Source: Selaginella moellendorffii (Eukaryota > Plantae > Lycopodiophyta). From it: a stretch of DNA of 64,000 nt. A program made the translations under genes and the position numbers. Positions 22,074-36,039 of this stretch are shown here, in pieces; positions within the stretch are counted from its first letter, which is position 1; every line of letters starts with the position of its first letter. The notes below the pieces were generated by a model, which saw only the letters and a list, made by a program, of their open reading frames with translations, was not told the origin of the DNA and made no database searches. The stretch spans positions 1,830,213 through 1,894,212 of the forward strand of contig NW_003314274.1 of assembly GCF_000143415.4 (NCBI RefSeq), written 5' to 3'.

Positions 22074-24856
22074 ATGGTTGCGGGTTCGATTCAGCACAAC
22101 GCCAATGGAAGAAGAAGAGCGGCGATGCCGCTGCTCGCCATGGCGGCCTTTCTCATTCTCATCAGCGATGGCGCCTCCGCGGCGAGCGTCACGGCCGCGG
22201 AGGCGCTCCAGCTTCGTGACGAGGTAATTCGTGTGGAAATTTTGGATCTAGGCGATCGATCGCTCGTATTTTGCCCGCTTCCAGGTGAAAGAAATGTTCT
22301 ACCACGCATACAATGGCTACATGGATCACGCATTTCCTCTAGACGAGCTCCGGCCGATGAGCTGCGTTGGAGAGGACTCTCTCGGTGGCTATGCACTGAC
22401 TTTGGTAACGTAGTAGCGATATTTTGCGAGGGTTTTAGTAGTGAGTTTTTTGTTTGGTTTGTTTATTTCTTACAGGTTGATTCTCTGGACATGCTAGCCG
22501 TGCTGGGTGATCGAGAGAAATTCTTTGACGCTGTGAATTGGATTGGTAAACACTTACGATTCGACAAAGTACAGTAACTCTATAAAATGGCTGATGTTTT
22601 TTTCTTTTTCTTTGTTTCTCCTTTTTTTTTTTCACGAACGCCGCCAACTTGTTTCTTTATTTTGTAGAATAAGACTGTATCCGTGTTTGAGACTACGATT
22701 CGCGTGCTTGGAGGCCTTCTTTCTGCTCATATGCTTGTCAGTGACCAAGCCACGGTGAGAGAGCTCTTCCCTTAGTTTTGTTTCTCTTGCTTACTATCCT
22801 CACGACCACATTCAGGGAATGGTAATGTATGATTACAATGACGAGCTACTTAATCTTGCAGAAGACCTTGGTCGGAGGCTTCTTCCTGCTTTCGACACAC
22901 CTACTGGTACGTGTTTTTCTTTCTTGTATCCGGAATTGCTGACAGCCTTTGTCCAGGAATACCTTACGGTTCTGTAAATCTTCTCTATGGAGTGAGCGAA
23001 GACGAAAGTCAGGTATTGACGCAATTGTCTGAGTGCTGCGGCTTAGTTTGGTAATGACAGGTAACATCAACAGCGGGTGGAGGAACTCTAACCATGGAAT
23101 TCGGTGTTCTAAGTCGATTGACTGGCGACCCTGGTGATGTAGAATTTAATCCAGTTTTGGAAACTGACTTTGTCCGGCTGATTCAGTGTTTGAGGAAGTC
23201 TCTCGAAATGCAGTCCGTGGACTTTGGGCCCAACGTTCTCACATTGGTCTTGTTGGTGCTCATATTAATGTGCTTTCCGGAGAGTGGACACATAAAGTAA
23301 GCGTCTTTACTGCATTTCCACCTTTGTCGTTTAACCTGCTTTATACCAGGATTCCGGAATTGGAACGAGCATAGATTCGTTCTACGAATATCTTTTGAAG
23401 GTAAAGAATGGCTCTCTAATTTTCTCGGATATTGAATTGAGCCTGTTGCTCCTATGCATAGGCTTATTTGCTTTTTGGAGAAGATGAGTACCTGCATATG
23501 TTCAAAGAATCATACAAGGCAGTAATGCGCTACCTATTCAAAGATCCATGGTATTTTTTCTATTGTGTTGTTTTGATTTCTTTGAAATATCAACACTGCA
23601 GGTATATGGAGGTCAACATGAACAGCGCTGTTGTTGTTTGGCCTCTTTTCAATAGTTTGCAAGCGTTTTGGCCTGGACTACAGGTAAAGATGATGTGTTC
23701 CAATGTTTTAACATTTTGATTCCGATCGCCATAATCAGGTCTTGGCAGGAGATGTAGAACCCGCTACTCAAACTCACACAGCATTTTTCTCTGTGTGGAA
23801 GAAGTTTGGCTTCACCCCAGAAGGATTTAATCTTGCAAGCATGAGCATACAGGTTTGGTTTATTGTTCCTCATTTAGTTTCAACAGAAAAATGCTTTCTA
23901 ACTGGATTCTTGCAGCCAGGTCAAAGGAGCTATCCTTTGCGGCCAGAATTAATTGAGAGCACGTACTGGCTTTACAAAGCGACCAGAGATCCAATGTACG
24001 GCATCGAAGTTTTGGAGAAACGTTTTGGTCTCTAATTCGAAGTTGGCCGACTAGTTACCTTGATGCAGGTCGCGATATTTTGGCCAGCATTCAGTATGGA
24101 TGCCGCTGTCCATGCGGCTACTGCCATATTGCGGACGTTGAAACACACCAACAGGACGATCACATGGAAAGCTTTTTTCTCTCTGAAACTGTACGTAAAA
24201 CTTTCAGATCTTTTCATTATTCATTTATGTAACCTGTTTCCTTCTATGTAGGTAAAATACTTGTACTTATTGTTTGATCTTGCTTTAGGCGGTGATAACA
24301 TTGTAGAAAATGGACCTTACCCGTAAGTGTTGATCTAATTCTAACTCTTGGCCTGACAATGTGGCGGCTCCCGTCCAGGTACCTGTTTTCAACGGAAGGT
24401 CATTTGTTTCCTCTAACCCCGCAAATATCATTGCCAAAAGAGTGCTGCACGTATTCTGGAAGTTTTTGCCCAGACTCCTCGAAGTCGAACTGGATGCTAC
24501 ACAATGCAACGAATCACGTCGACGCTGGTAGTCCACTGAAGGTATTCCTCCTTCCATATTCTTAAAGTTGGAACGAGCGACTGTTCTTTGGCAAACAGGG
24601 AGCGTGTTCTCAGCTCAGTCTCTGGAGACGCCTCGCAATTGCGAACAAGTTTGCTAAGAAGACGAACAAGCGCAAATCGGCAAGGATGAGCAGTATACTG
24701 GAGGCGGTCGAGAAAGCTGGAAACGAGCTGGTAAATGTGGAGATTCAGACAGATGTAGCAGAGGCTTTGGAAGATGATCGCTCCACTCGGGAAGACAAAG
24801 GCCAGGAAATCGCCGCCGAAGAAACAAAAGAGAACGGGAACCTTTCAAGCGATTGA
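22074..24856 (+). CDS. MNS4: GH47 EDEM-like alpha-mannosidase (MNS4-like), many exons
   Basis: Signal peptide, EALQLRDEV, AFPLDELRP, VSVFETTIRVLGGLLSAH, YPLRPELIEST, MESFFLSET and YLFSTEGH. Confidence 0.9.
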
Positions 24857-25242
24857 AATCACTGAAATCTTCCTAATAACAGAATCTAAACCCTTTTTTC
24901 GCAAAACTTATTGGATCGGAATATGACTTATACTTCGAGACACACAGACGGGTCATCAGATGCATACTCTACGACCCAACAAGTTAACAAGTTTCTAATC
25001 TCGACTCTATTTAAACAAAAGTTTTACCCTCACGCTTGGGCATGTGGGATAATCGTGGCTGCCCTAAAACTTGCCCTAGTCGAATTTAGGGCAAGTCTAA
25101 TTGAATTGACACTAATGATGGGTTTCTCATAACTTTTTTGTGGAGCAACAAGAACACAAGGAACAACACAGAAATAGCTAATTCGCGAAAGATCAATCTA
25201 GGAAGAACACAAAAGAAATATATAGGAAGAGGAGAGTTGCTA

Positions 25243-26513
25243 TCAAGCAGCCGCAAGCGCCGAGATGCTCATGGGCGTCACATACTCGGCGCCTCCATTG
25301 TACCATCTCTGCGCGGCGATGGTGTTGAATGCCTCGGTGGGATGGACCAGGTCCCAAAACATGTACTCCCCGCTGTTGGCGCAGTGGGGCGCGTTGGCGT
25401 AGCACCATTGCATCGAGTTGCCAGTGCCCGGGCAGCACCCCTGGTGCACGTTGCTCAGCCCCACGCTCGAAGGATCAGCGATCGCCTCCTCCATGATCGA
25501 CGCCGCGTTCGCGTACACGGGCGTGAATCCCTGGTGCGCCTGCTGCATCGACTGCAGCATCGCCTGGAGCTGCGAGTTGAACTTCTGCGTCATCGACTTG
25601 CCCAGATCCGTGCACTTGTCGTTCACTTGCGTCGCGGGCACGCAGCCCACGTCCAGGATGCCCACCACCACGAATTTGCGCGCGCCCGCGTTGTACAGTC
25701 GCTGCGAGAGCACCCAGTGAGCGCGCCAGATTCGCGAGTTTAAAAATGTTTTTAGGGTTCTTGCTTGCTTGTGCTTACCTCCAGCTGCGTCTGGAACTGC
25801 GAGATGATCGACGCCGTCGACGAAATCGACATCATGTCATTGTTCCCAGTGCTTATGTAGTAGATCGAATTGGAGATCACGTCCGCGCTGAGACCCTTGG
25901 CCACCTGAGTGAACAAATCGACTTGATCCGGCAGCGTAAGAATCGATCCCTGCCAAGAAAACCACCAATGCTCCACTGCAATTGAGAAGATCACGATTGA
26001 TTTGCATACCTGTCCGGTGCTGGTGAGGATTCCCGAGCTGGCAGAGCCGAAATTCATCCCCTGCGCAGCGGCCGATGCATCAGACGAATACGGTGGCGGA
26101 TACGGCAGGCCCAGGTGCTCGGCGACCAGATCCACTGCGAGCTTTCCATCGCAAAACCTCCCGCTCGCCTCGTGCCCCGTCCACTTGAATCCATACGGCA
26201 AGTGATTGGCCTTGGCCGGAGTGTTGCGATTGTTGTTGTTCCCCGGATCCACGATGGAATCGCCAAACACAAACAATCCCTGGACTCCAGCGCTGGCGTT
26301 CTTGCATGGAGGACCCGGCGGCGGAGCCTGGGATGGCGAAGGAGCTGGAGATGGCGGCGGGTGGTGGTGGTGGTGGTGTCCAACTAGTCTACTCCCATGC
26401 CCGCGGTGGTGATGTCTACTCTTTCTGCCATTGTGTGCTTTCCTTGCATCGCAAAAACTAGAGAGACACAAAGCAATGAGAATCAAAACCACAAGCTTCT
26501 TCATCACCATCAT
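25243..26513 (-). CDS. Secreted GDSL esterase/lipase with His-rich and Pro-rich N-terminal extension
   Basis: FVFGDSIVDPGNNN, GRFCDG, GMNFGSA, GNND, LYNAGARKF and FWDLVHPT, with 2 introns. Confidence 0.92.
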
Positions 26514-26645
26514 CTTGCAACTACGATCAAATGAATTTTTTTTATAACCCAAAGTCTATCTATTTTATAAGCTTGGCTTCTACGGGGCAAAAATACACGA
26601 TCATATCTTTTAAACTATGCCATTATTAATTAAAACCATTTGTAC

Positions 26646-29600
26646 TTACACTTTGATAATTTGGTAATGGTGTGAGATTTGGAGCGGGGTTTCTTTGGAG
26701 AGTGATCGTTCTTCCGACCACAGCCCCAAGCTGCATTCCGCGCCGCCCCAATGCACAAGGCAAACACTTACTTCCTTGACGTTGAATCGGTTCACTACTG
26801 CGTAGCCTGATTCCTTGTCCACGAGCATCCACTCGCCTGGAAAAACAAGCAAATGGAACTCTAGAAACCATTCTCTCAGAAAAACTTGACGATTTCTACC
26901 GTTTGGTCTGTCGTCTCCGCGCAAGAACGTCTCTCCAAACGTGGCGCCGAGTTCTTTCTTGGCCCCGTTGACGGCCGTGAACTTGACAAGCGTTTCAGAG
27001 GGATGCGGCACCTGAAACGATGGCTGGACCCGAAGGCACACAATCCTGGTCCAAGAGAATCAAAATAATGTGAAGTGTATCGAGGTTTTGTTGCAGTACC
27101 TTGAGTATCCGCCAGCGCCAGCTCCAACAGATCTCGCTACAATCTGGGAGGTAATATGGACAACTTTCGGGGACTTCTTGTGAATGGCAATCTCTCTGGA
27201 CATAACCAGTCCGCCACCAAGATCACACTCCATAGACAGGACGTCCTCCCCGTTTATCTCTAGGAGGCTCCGACTGGCAGCCACAGACGTGCAAGTTAGT
27301 GGCAGAACACAACAATGTCACCAACCTCAGAACATTGTATTCTTCGGTGCAACCAGGGCCGCGGTGTTCGCTAGTGCTGTATTCCTCGTAGCCGCCACCT
27401 TCTACCCGGCTTGGGAAAAAATCAATACCTGCGTTTCAACCATCAGTACCAAATCCCGGCCGAAAACACAGACAGACCTGTTTCCTTGTGGACCATTGAA
27501 ATGATGCGACCACCAATCCAAGGTACCACCTTAAGCTGAAAGTCTGTGCCTGAGAGTTCAATTAAAACTCTAGGAGCACCAACACCCTTGAGCTTATCGT
27601 GTGTGACGTCGTATTCTGCCAAACCTTTCACTTTCGCTGCATTGTCAACTCATCAGCCAGACCAATTCAATATAAAAGCCATACATACCATTCTTCTCTT
27701 CGACTTGCTTGACCGCAGCTTCTACAAGCTTCCGCATTTCCTCGGAACCCGGCAGCTTCATCAACAGGTCATCTCCATCCTGGCCGTCAGCATTGATCTT
27801 CAAGATTTACGAAGAGGTTAGATAGGCAGGACATAGAAAAATTTGTGTAAGTACCTCAGCACGGTCGCCAATTAACAGACGAACACGAAGGGGTCGCTTT
27901 GGTCTCTTCAGAGCGCCTTGTACGGCTGCCACTTTGATCAACACTTCACTTCCGTTGCTCCTGCTCTTTGCTTCGTAATGCGTTAGTAAAAATTGTCCTT
28001 TCTGGTAACCAAAACTTTCTCCGTCGTCTTCGTAAAGTACACCCTCGGCATTACCTGCAGCTCTACGTCACCTTTTGGCAGCAAATGGAGCATTTCCTAC
28101 CGTCTTTGTCGAGAGCAATAATAAGTGTTACTGGGTCCTCAAAGTGCGCTTCGCCTAGGTGCTCAATTCGGGGACCAGCAGGTATGATGGAACCACCTCT
28201 CAAATGGAGAAGTGAAAGGTCCTGCGAATCCACGTAAAAATCAAAAGAAAAAAATATATTCTGATTTACAGGATGATAGTCATCAAAATCAAAGCGCTGC
28301 CATATCCCAGAAGGAAGAACAATTGTCTTTGGATCGACAACCTTGTCTGGATCGGTACTGTAGTAAATAAAAGTCAAACGCGTGGCGAGAAAAAGCAAAA
28401 GTCAGCTATACCTTGCGGACACTAGCAGAGAACCTAGCAGAAAGCTTGTCTCGACTTTCCGTAGCTTTGGATCTTTGCAATCTAGAACAGAAATAAAACG
28501 GTTACAAGCATTGACAATATTATTACCATAAACAAAGGACAAACCAGCAAAAAAAATTGGAGTCATCACTGGTAGTCCCTTAGTATGTGCAAAGTATACC
28601 AACGTGTATAAATGAGGCAGCAGCTGGTATCTTCGTAGCAAGGCAAGACGGCAGACATTCTTACACTAAAACAAAACAGTAATATGATTCTATGAGCAGT
28701 AACGTATCTCCGGCATTTACCTCATCACCAAACGACCACGGTTCGTGATCAACCGTCCCTTTCTCAGAATGTCCTCGAGCAAATGGAAACAGTGCCCCGA
28801 ATCCCATCCATCTACCAAAAAGTCTAGCAGTTGCATCGCCCGCAAAACCTCCGATATCAGGTCCAGTTAGTGGTGATCCACTCAGGCTCTGTGAAGCAAA
28901 AAAGTTAGCCACAGCAGACGAACAAAAATTCATGTACCAGATTGAGGGCCATTGCTATACTCATATGTGCGTGATCCCAGTTGGATGAATTGTCGCCTGT
29001 CCATGTAGCAGCATATCTCTGGCTTCCCATGAAGCCCGCTCGAGTAAGAACGAATGGCCGCTTAGTGGGGTTTGCAAGCAGCATTCCTTCGTACGTCGCT
29101 CTGGCCATCAGCATCCCATACACCTGAAAATTCAAAGACCAATCAGCAGAATGCTTGCAAAGAGTTTCATACGTTGTGATAGTGACGGTGATTTTGTGTC
29201 CCTCCGATTTCTGGATCTCCACTGTGCATATTATCTTCAGGCATTGTTTTCGACACTGACTGCATTAGTTTACTTAAGTTTTAAACTTGAACTCATTTTT
29301 TAAATACATTTGTACCTTGAAAACAGCGGGCTCGTTCATATCATTCCATATGCCATCGACTCCGTTAGAAACGAAGTCTTTTATCAGGTTACTCCACCAT
29401 GCACGGACTTTCTTTTGGGTATAATCCGGAAAAACGCAAGGTCCAGGCCAGACATCACCTGAAGGCAGCTTGCGTTTATAAGAGAGAACCAAATTACAGC
29501 AAAATGAGCTTACCAACAAAATGCTTTCCACTTGCATCCACAACCCATGCATCTTCAGAACACCCCTCATTGTATATGAAATAATCTTCATCCTTCTTAA

Positions 29601-30817
29601 TCCCCGGGTCAATCATCCAGACAGCTTTGAATCCCCTCCCACGCAAAGTCGTTGCAAGACCAATAGGATCCGGGAACTTTTCCTGAAACAGTAACGAAAA
29701 ATGGACGAGTTAAGCACATCACGGTAACGTCTCGCATTACTTTGTCAAATGTGAAGCAACGAAATCCGTTCATGTAGTCGATATCCATCCAAACAACGTC
29801 AGCAGGTATTCTGTGCTCGCGAAAAAGCCTGGAGATCTAATATAAAGAACTTGTCAATTGCCACGTGAAAACTAGAAACGCAACCTCGTCAACTCTCGAC
29901 GCTGGCTCGTAGCTATAGCGGCATTGGTGATATCCCAGGGCCCACTTCGGAGGCATATTCATGGTCCCTTTGAGATAATACATTACATCAGCACCACCAA
30001 GAACTAAGTAAAAAAGCTTACCAGTAGCGTTTGCCAGTGCCACCAGTAGATCTTCTGGTGCCGGATACGGTCCGAATACGATAACTGGATAGAAGCAATC
30101 GGCAGCAAATCGAATCGTTGATTCCTTGCGAAGATCCACCTACAGGAAGCACAATGGATCATCTTCGTCATTAATTTCTAGATCGCTTACTTCACACTTT
30201 CGGGTAGTGTCGGCCAGTACCCCCAGTACTTCGCCACTGGGAAGGACAACGAAGACCCAAGGGTGTGACTGATAAAGGCAGGGGCTGTTCTTTCCGTAGC
30301 CCCAAGAGTCGGTGTTCCACGTATACATCTGCAAAACGCAAGTAAAAACTTAGTTTCTTCACTTAAGTCTAATCCAACTTACTCTTTTTCCTGTTCGCTC
30401 TAGAGGCCCGCTGACTTCTCCCGTTCCATAGAACGAAGCTCCCGAAGGAAGCTGGAAATTTAGAGTGAGAGCTTTCAAAAGATAGAATCCACAGGATATC
30501 ATACCGCTAGGATTACTGTCTGGGTGGAATCGTCGTCCAGGCTAAAGAGAGGAACAAAGAGCGGCTTGACAGTCGATTCCAAGCGCTTTTCCCGCCTCTC
30601 GGCCGGCACAAACGAAAGAGAAGGGAAGCACTTCGCGCGACTCTCCTCGTCGCAATCGAAGCGGAGTATTTTGGCCTCTAGAACAGCCATGCAACCCATC
30701 TTCGATGCCGCCATAGCTCCGACCTTAATGCTGCTCGAGATCTGGGATCGATCGCATGAGAGAAGAGGAGAAGAAATGCCGAGAATGCCGCACCTTTTTA
30801 AACGGGAAGCACGACAT
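26646..30817 (-). CDS. GH31 alpha-glucosidase (heteroglycan glucosidase HGL1-like)
   Basis: MPPKWALGYHQCRYSY, VWMDIDYM, DGIWNDMNEP, WTGDN and GPDIGGFAG across about 20 short introns. The start codon is uncertain. Confidence 0.9.
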
Positions 30818-31250
30818 AGGCTCCACGCGCAGCGCCTCGCCAAGCGTTACACGCTGCCGACGCTCGCGACAAGCGATGGATAAAACAGCCGCGAGCAGAG
30901 GATCGGGAGGAGGAGCGCAAGGAAACGCATCGATCGGCTGCAGCGCAGCTGGAACAAGCAAGCATTCGATGAAAATCCCTGCATTGAAGAGCTTCTCCCT
31001 ACCGGATGCGCCAGCGCCAGCGCCACTCGCTCGCTGCTCGCTCGCGCTAACCTAAAACCGTTTAGCTTCTTTAGGGCGAATCACGAGACTCAAGTAGCAA
31101 TCACTTTGTTTGTTCACCAACGCGAATGCCGTAAATATGCCATGGCATCATAAAGATGCCATGCCACGTCATAAAGCGTCACCAGGAGAACTGGACAAGT
31201 CAGCGTAGGACACGTCATTGATTTAGGTCTTTGCTCTTGCTCCATCGGCA

Positions 31251-31943
31251 ATGGCTATGGCGACATTCGCAGCGGGATGCTTCTGGAGCGTGGAGCTCGC
31301 ATTTCAGCGCATTCCCGGCGTGATCAAGGTGCGTGATCTGTGATTTCTCTCCTTTAGTGTCTCGATCGATCGATCGATCAATCGGTGATCGATTGCGGCG
31401 GATTTTCCGAGAGGGAGTGATTGTGTTCGCATTCCTTGTGTAGACGACCGTCGGGTACACGCAAGGAAGCAAGGAATCTCCCACATACCACGACGTTTGC
31501 ACTGGCAGGACCGGCCACGCCGAAGCCGTGCTCGTCGAGTATGATCCAAAGGAGGTCTCGTACACAGCGCTGCTGGACGCGTTCTGGAAGAAGCACGATC
31601 CAACACAGGCCGATGGCCAGGTAAAAGTTTTAGAGACAGCGATTGATCGATCCACGCTCTCTTTTCACTTTTTCTTTTCGTCTTTTCACAGGGAAATGAC
31701 TTAGGATCCCAGTACCGATCCGGCATATACTTCCACACACCCGAGCAAGAGAAGCTCGCAAAGCAATCTCTCGAGCAAGAGCAGCAACGACTCGGCAAGA
31801 AAATCGTGACCGAGCTTCTTCCGGCCACAACCTTCTACCCCGCCGAGGATTACCACCAGCAGTATCTCGAGAAAGGCGGGCGAGGTGGGCGCAAGCAATC
31901 GGCTGCCAAGGGCTGCACGGATCCCATCAGATGCTACGGCTGA
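31251..31943 (+). CDS. MSRA: Peptide methionine sulfoxide reductase A, no transit peptide
   Basis: [40 protein letters not shown] and [10 protein letters not shown], with 2 introns. Confidence 0.95.
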
Positions 31944-32339
31944 GTCAAACGAGATCGCGAAACACACTACGAAAAAGAGGTAACGAACAACGCTGTGTGT
32001 AAACGATTTCATGCTTATCCGCCTGTCAACTCTCGTTGCAGGGAAAGTCCAAATAAGCAGCGCTCTTGTGGCTCGCTCTGGGTGGTGTGAAAATAAAAAC
32101 GTTCTTTCTTCATCATCTTGTGTCGATCGTCAGGGGGGCCACCAATATGAGATCTAGCACGCTACGCAAGAAAAACAAGTAAAAACAAAGAAAGCAGCGC
32201 CCCCCCCTTGAACAATCCGATCACTACAAGTAAGCATCGATCATCGACTCAACTCCTAAGTTTCTCTAAACTCTAAGCGACGACCCCCCCCTCTTCTCGC
32301 TGTCCCTCTCGATCGACTGACCTGTGGAGTGGTGGTGTG

Positions 32340-34036
32340 TCACTTACAGTTGCAGCGGACGGGCGTACACTTCTTGCAGCGCGAGAAGCATCCCAGGAAG
32401 GACTTGGTTCGCTCCGAGGGCCAGTGCCAAGTGTTGTAAGACATGGCCTTGCTGGACGAATCGTCGAGCTGCTCCAACGTGTTGACGATCTCTGGGAAGC
32501 CGGGCCTCTTGTCCGGATTAGCGGACCAGCATCTTCGCATCAGCGCGGCCAGTGCGCTTGGACAGTTCTCGGGCACCTCGGGCCGCGCGTCCTAGATAAA
32601 AGGCAAAGAAACTTCGATCAGGGCTGGAAGGAAGAAGACGATGACGACGACTTCGAAGAACAAAAAAGAAGCAAAGAAAAAAAGGCGAGAGCTACACACC
32701 TTGTGAAGAACAGCGTACGCGACTTGCACGGCTTGCATTTCTTGGAAGGGGACTTGGCCGGTGACGAGCTCCCACAGGACGATGCCGAAGCTGTAAACGT
32801 CGACTTTGGTGGAGCACTTGTTCTTGCCGCTGATCATCTCGGGCGCCATCCAGCGGTACGTGCCCACGTCCGCCTTGCCGACGCTGGGGGCGTCCGCCTC
32901 GCACCGCGCGACGCCAAAGTCCGTGATCTTGACGCACATATCGCTGTCCAGGACGAGGTTCTCCGACTTAAGATCGCCGTGGATGACGCGCTGCGAGTGG
33001 ATGTACTCCATCCCCCGCGCGATGTCCATGGCCATGCCCAGCGTCACCTTGAGTGGCAGCGAGCTGGGCTCGTTCTTGTGGAGGAATCCGCGCAGCGAGC
33101 CGCCCGCGAGGTACTCGGTCACGACGCAGTACACGGGTGGCTTCTTGCAAGCCGCGACGAACTGCAATGCAAAAGAACGAAGAAAGTGAGCGAGCGTTCG
33201 CGCAAAGTTGTCACGACCAAAATGCTGCTAGATCATCTTCTTTTCTTCGGGAGAGAAGAAAAGAAGCCATGAATTCTCAGAGAGAGAAAGAAGCCACGAA
33301 TCTCAGCCATGCCACTCGATCGAAAAGGTAAAGAAAATGCCGACAAGCACGAATTCTCGATCAAGAACGCGAGGAGGGGCCAGAGATTTAAGAGAAACGC
33401 TCGTCAAGATCAATCGAAAAGGAAAAAGGAGAAGGAATCGACCTGGACGATGTTACGGTGATGGAGACGCGAGAGCAGCGAGACCTCATGCGCGAATTGC
33501 CTATCCACCATCCGGGACACCTCCTCGTCCTCTTCCGGCTGCCTCATCACCTTGACAGCCACGGCCTTGCCTTTGTAGATCCCGTGATAGAGCCGGCTGT
33601 GCGCTCCCGACGCGAATTTGTGGCCCAGGAACAGCTGCGTCATGTCCACTACCCATTCCTCCGATCGCTCTACCGCCTTGACCTCGCCAATCCCTTCCAG
33701 GTACTGCGACCACGATTCCACGCGCTTGGGGACGAGAGCTCTCCCTGGTGCGTTCCCGTGGACGAATTCCTCCACGGTTCTCGCGGGCGATGCGAAGGGG
33801 GAGCTCCTGTTGCTGGAGGGGAGAGAGTAATCCGACGAGGAATCGATGAACAGCCGCTTCTTGGATATTTCGAGCGGGATTTCTTCGTGAGACCTGGAGC
33901 GCAGCGGCGGCTTACCGATCTTTTGATGCGGGAAGCAAAGATCGGGGATATTTCGAGCGTCGATCCGGTGGCAGACGGAGCGGGAGAAGCTGCAGCGGCC
34001 GAGCCATGCCGATTCCGAGGGATTCTCGCGCGCCAT
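32340..34036 (-). CDS. Raf-like group C MAPKKK (HT1/Raf36/Raf43-like)
   Basis: FASGAHSRLYHG, VAVK, IHGDLKSEN, DFG, GTYRWMAPE and DVYSFG, with 2 introns. Confidence 0.9.
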
Positions 34037-34959
34037 CGCCAGAAAAGAATGGAGGAGAAGACGAAGAAGAGGAAAGAAAAGAATCCAACTGCAAGAACAC
34101 GACAGAGGAGTATTCCAATCCCCCTCTCTCACACCGCGCCCTCGCCTTCCTGATCATCCATGTCAATCAGCCTCAAACACATCGTCGCTGAGAGAGAGCC
34201 CCATTCCTCCTCCTCGTCCAAGAGCCCTAAACTCCTCGCTCGCGCTCATATAGATCTCCGCCGTCGCTTGCGCGTATCTCACGGCCAGTGTGGGCCCGCG
34301 CGCCGTCACCGTCGGATGCCCGGCACCAACTGCTGGGATTCCTCCCCTACAAGATCATGTCATGCACGAACCACGCACTAAAAAATCACCGTTATTTTTT
34401 AATACTCCGCTAAACTTTCCTTGCAATAGCCGCGAGCAAGTTGAGCCTTCAAAGATAAGAGAGGAAACATTGCAACTTGTATGTAAAAGTTGTTTTGGTT
34501 GCAACTTGGCTGATCTCACAAAGAAATCCTCCTGGGCATTTGTCGTTGACTTGTTAGGGCTAGTGTTTGATCACGGGCGCCCGCTGCTGGGCTTGTGCCG
34601 GGGGAGTCAAATCTTTCCTGCCCGGGTTTCTTGGATGGATTTCAATGGCATGGAGAAAATATGGAACTCGTGAAATCGCATCTAGCGGGATCGCCTTGGA
34701 CTAAATTAATCTCGTGTATTCTTTTGTGAGAGAGTCAGTCCAGTACGGGGATGTACACGTACGGGTGGGCACGGCTAGTGACAGAGATGGATGGATGGAT
34801 GGAGACCACGCTCTTTTTCTCTTTCGGCCCTAGGGAGGAAAAAATGTGGCGCATCAAGAAGGTGGCGAGTGGTGGTCCATTCCAACACCTTTTGGGGTGC
34901 ATTGGATATTTCCTGGCATATGCAGGGTTGAATTGCATGGAGCTTGATTTGTTGGAATA

Positions 34960-35935
34960 ATCAAAATATTATTCCTATTTTAATGAATATTTTTTTAGTT
35001 AGTTTTATTTTTGGATCTATAATCTTTGTTTGGATATTAGCTACAAATTTGATAATTTAGAATTTAAAATTTTTCAAACCAAAACAATAATCAAGCTGTT
35101 GTTCACCAATCAAAATCATAATGAAGTGGCAATTATATATTTACGCCAAGAAAACTGTGTTTTGAATGTTAGATATCTTCATCTCCAGCAGAAACTTTAA
35201 TTTTCTTATTTTGATTTTTACCAAAATAATAACACATTGCTATATTATGATTTATATAATTCACAAAATAATTATCGTTATGAGTTTTGCCATCTAGCAC
35301 CTCATAATGCTATTATGTTCCATTAATTTGATATTTAAATGTATTAAATTTTAAATTATAATAACATTAAGCTATTAAATGACTATCTAAACTGCAAAGT
35401 GTCTTTATAGAAACTAAATTTATTAAATAATATTATTTTTAAAATTTATAATATTAAATTATAATTATTAGTTATTATTTGTATGATAATTTTTAATAAA
35501 TACTTGGATGATAAATTATAGAATTAATTTAAGAGAGACTTATGGTGAAGGAAAATTGATTCCAAATGATTTCTTTATTAATTTCTGAGACTGTTGAAGT
35601 TCCTAAAATTTATGTATTATTGTTTGCTAATTATTTCAAAGATATATAAATATAGTAACTATTTATCCCAAAGACATTTATAAACCATATTTTAAATAAT
35701 TAAGGTAATAAATTTAATATTTTAAAGCATATTCACTATTGTAATTTTCTATTTATTATGAGTAACATATTTTTAGTAAGTAGCTTAGCCTTGCTAGGTT
35801 TTGTCTAATTCAGATATTCTCTTTTATGTAAAATATATTTTTGTTGTTTAATATTAAAACGAAGAAACTTTTTGAGTATTCACGTGATTATTGTAAAGGT
35901 TGGCTAGTTTCCTATATGTTTTATATGATTTATAT
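34960..35935. other. Very AT-rich non-coding tract, probably decayed TE
   Basis: Abrupt switch to A/T-dominated sequence with no ORF and no recognisable motif. Confidence 0.4.
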
Positions 35936-36039
35936 GTTTACATTTTGGAAGCTAGAAGAGAATGCAGTGAAGGTATGAGAAAGAGCCCCTCAGGTGGGAA
36001 CATTATCCTATAACAAATTTGAATGTCATTATCCTCGCT

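Noticed and set aside
31360-31395. (GATC)n palindromic run in the MsrA intron, and (CT)n at ~15985-16005
   Set aside because: Short simple repeats; CGAT runs are common throughout this window.
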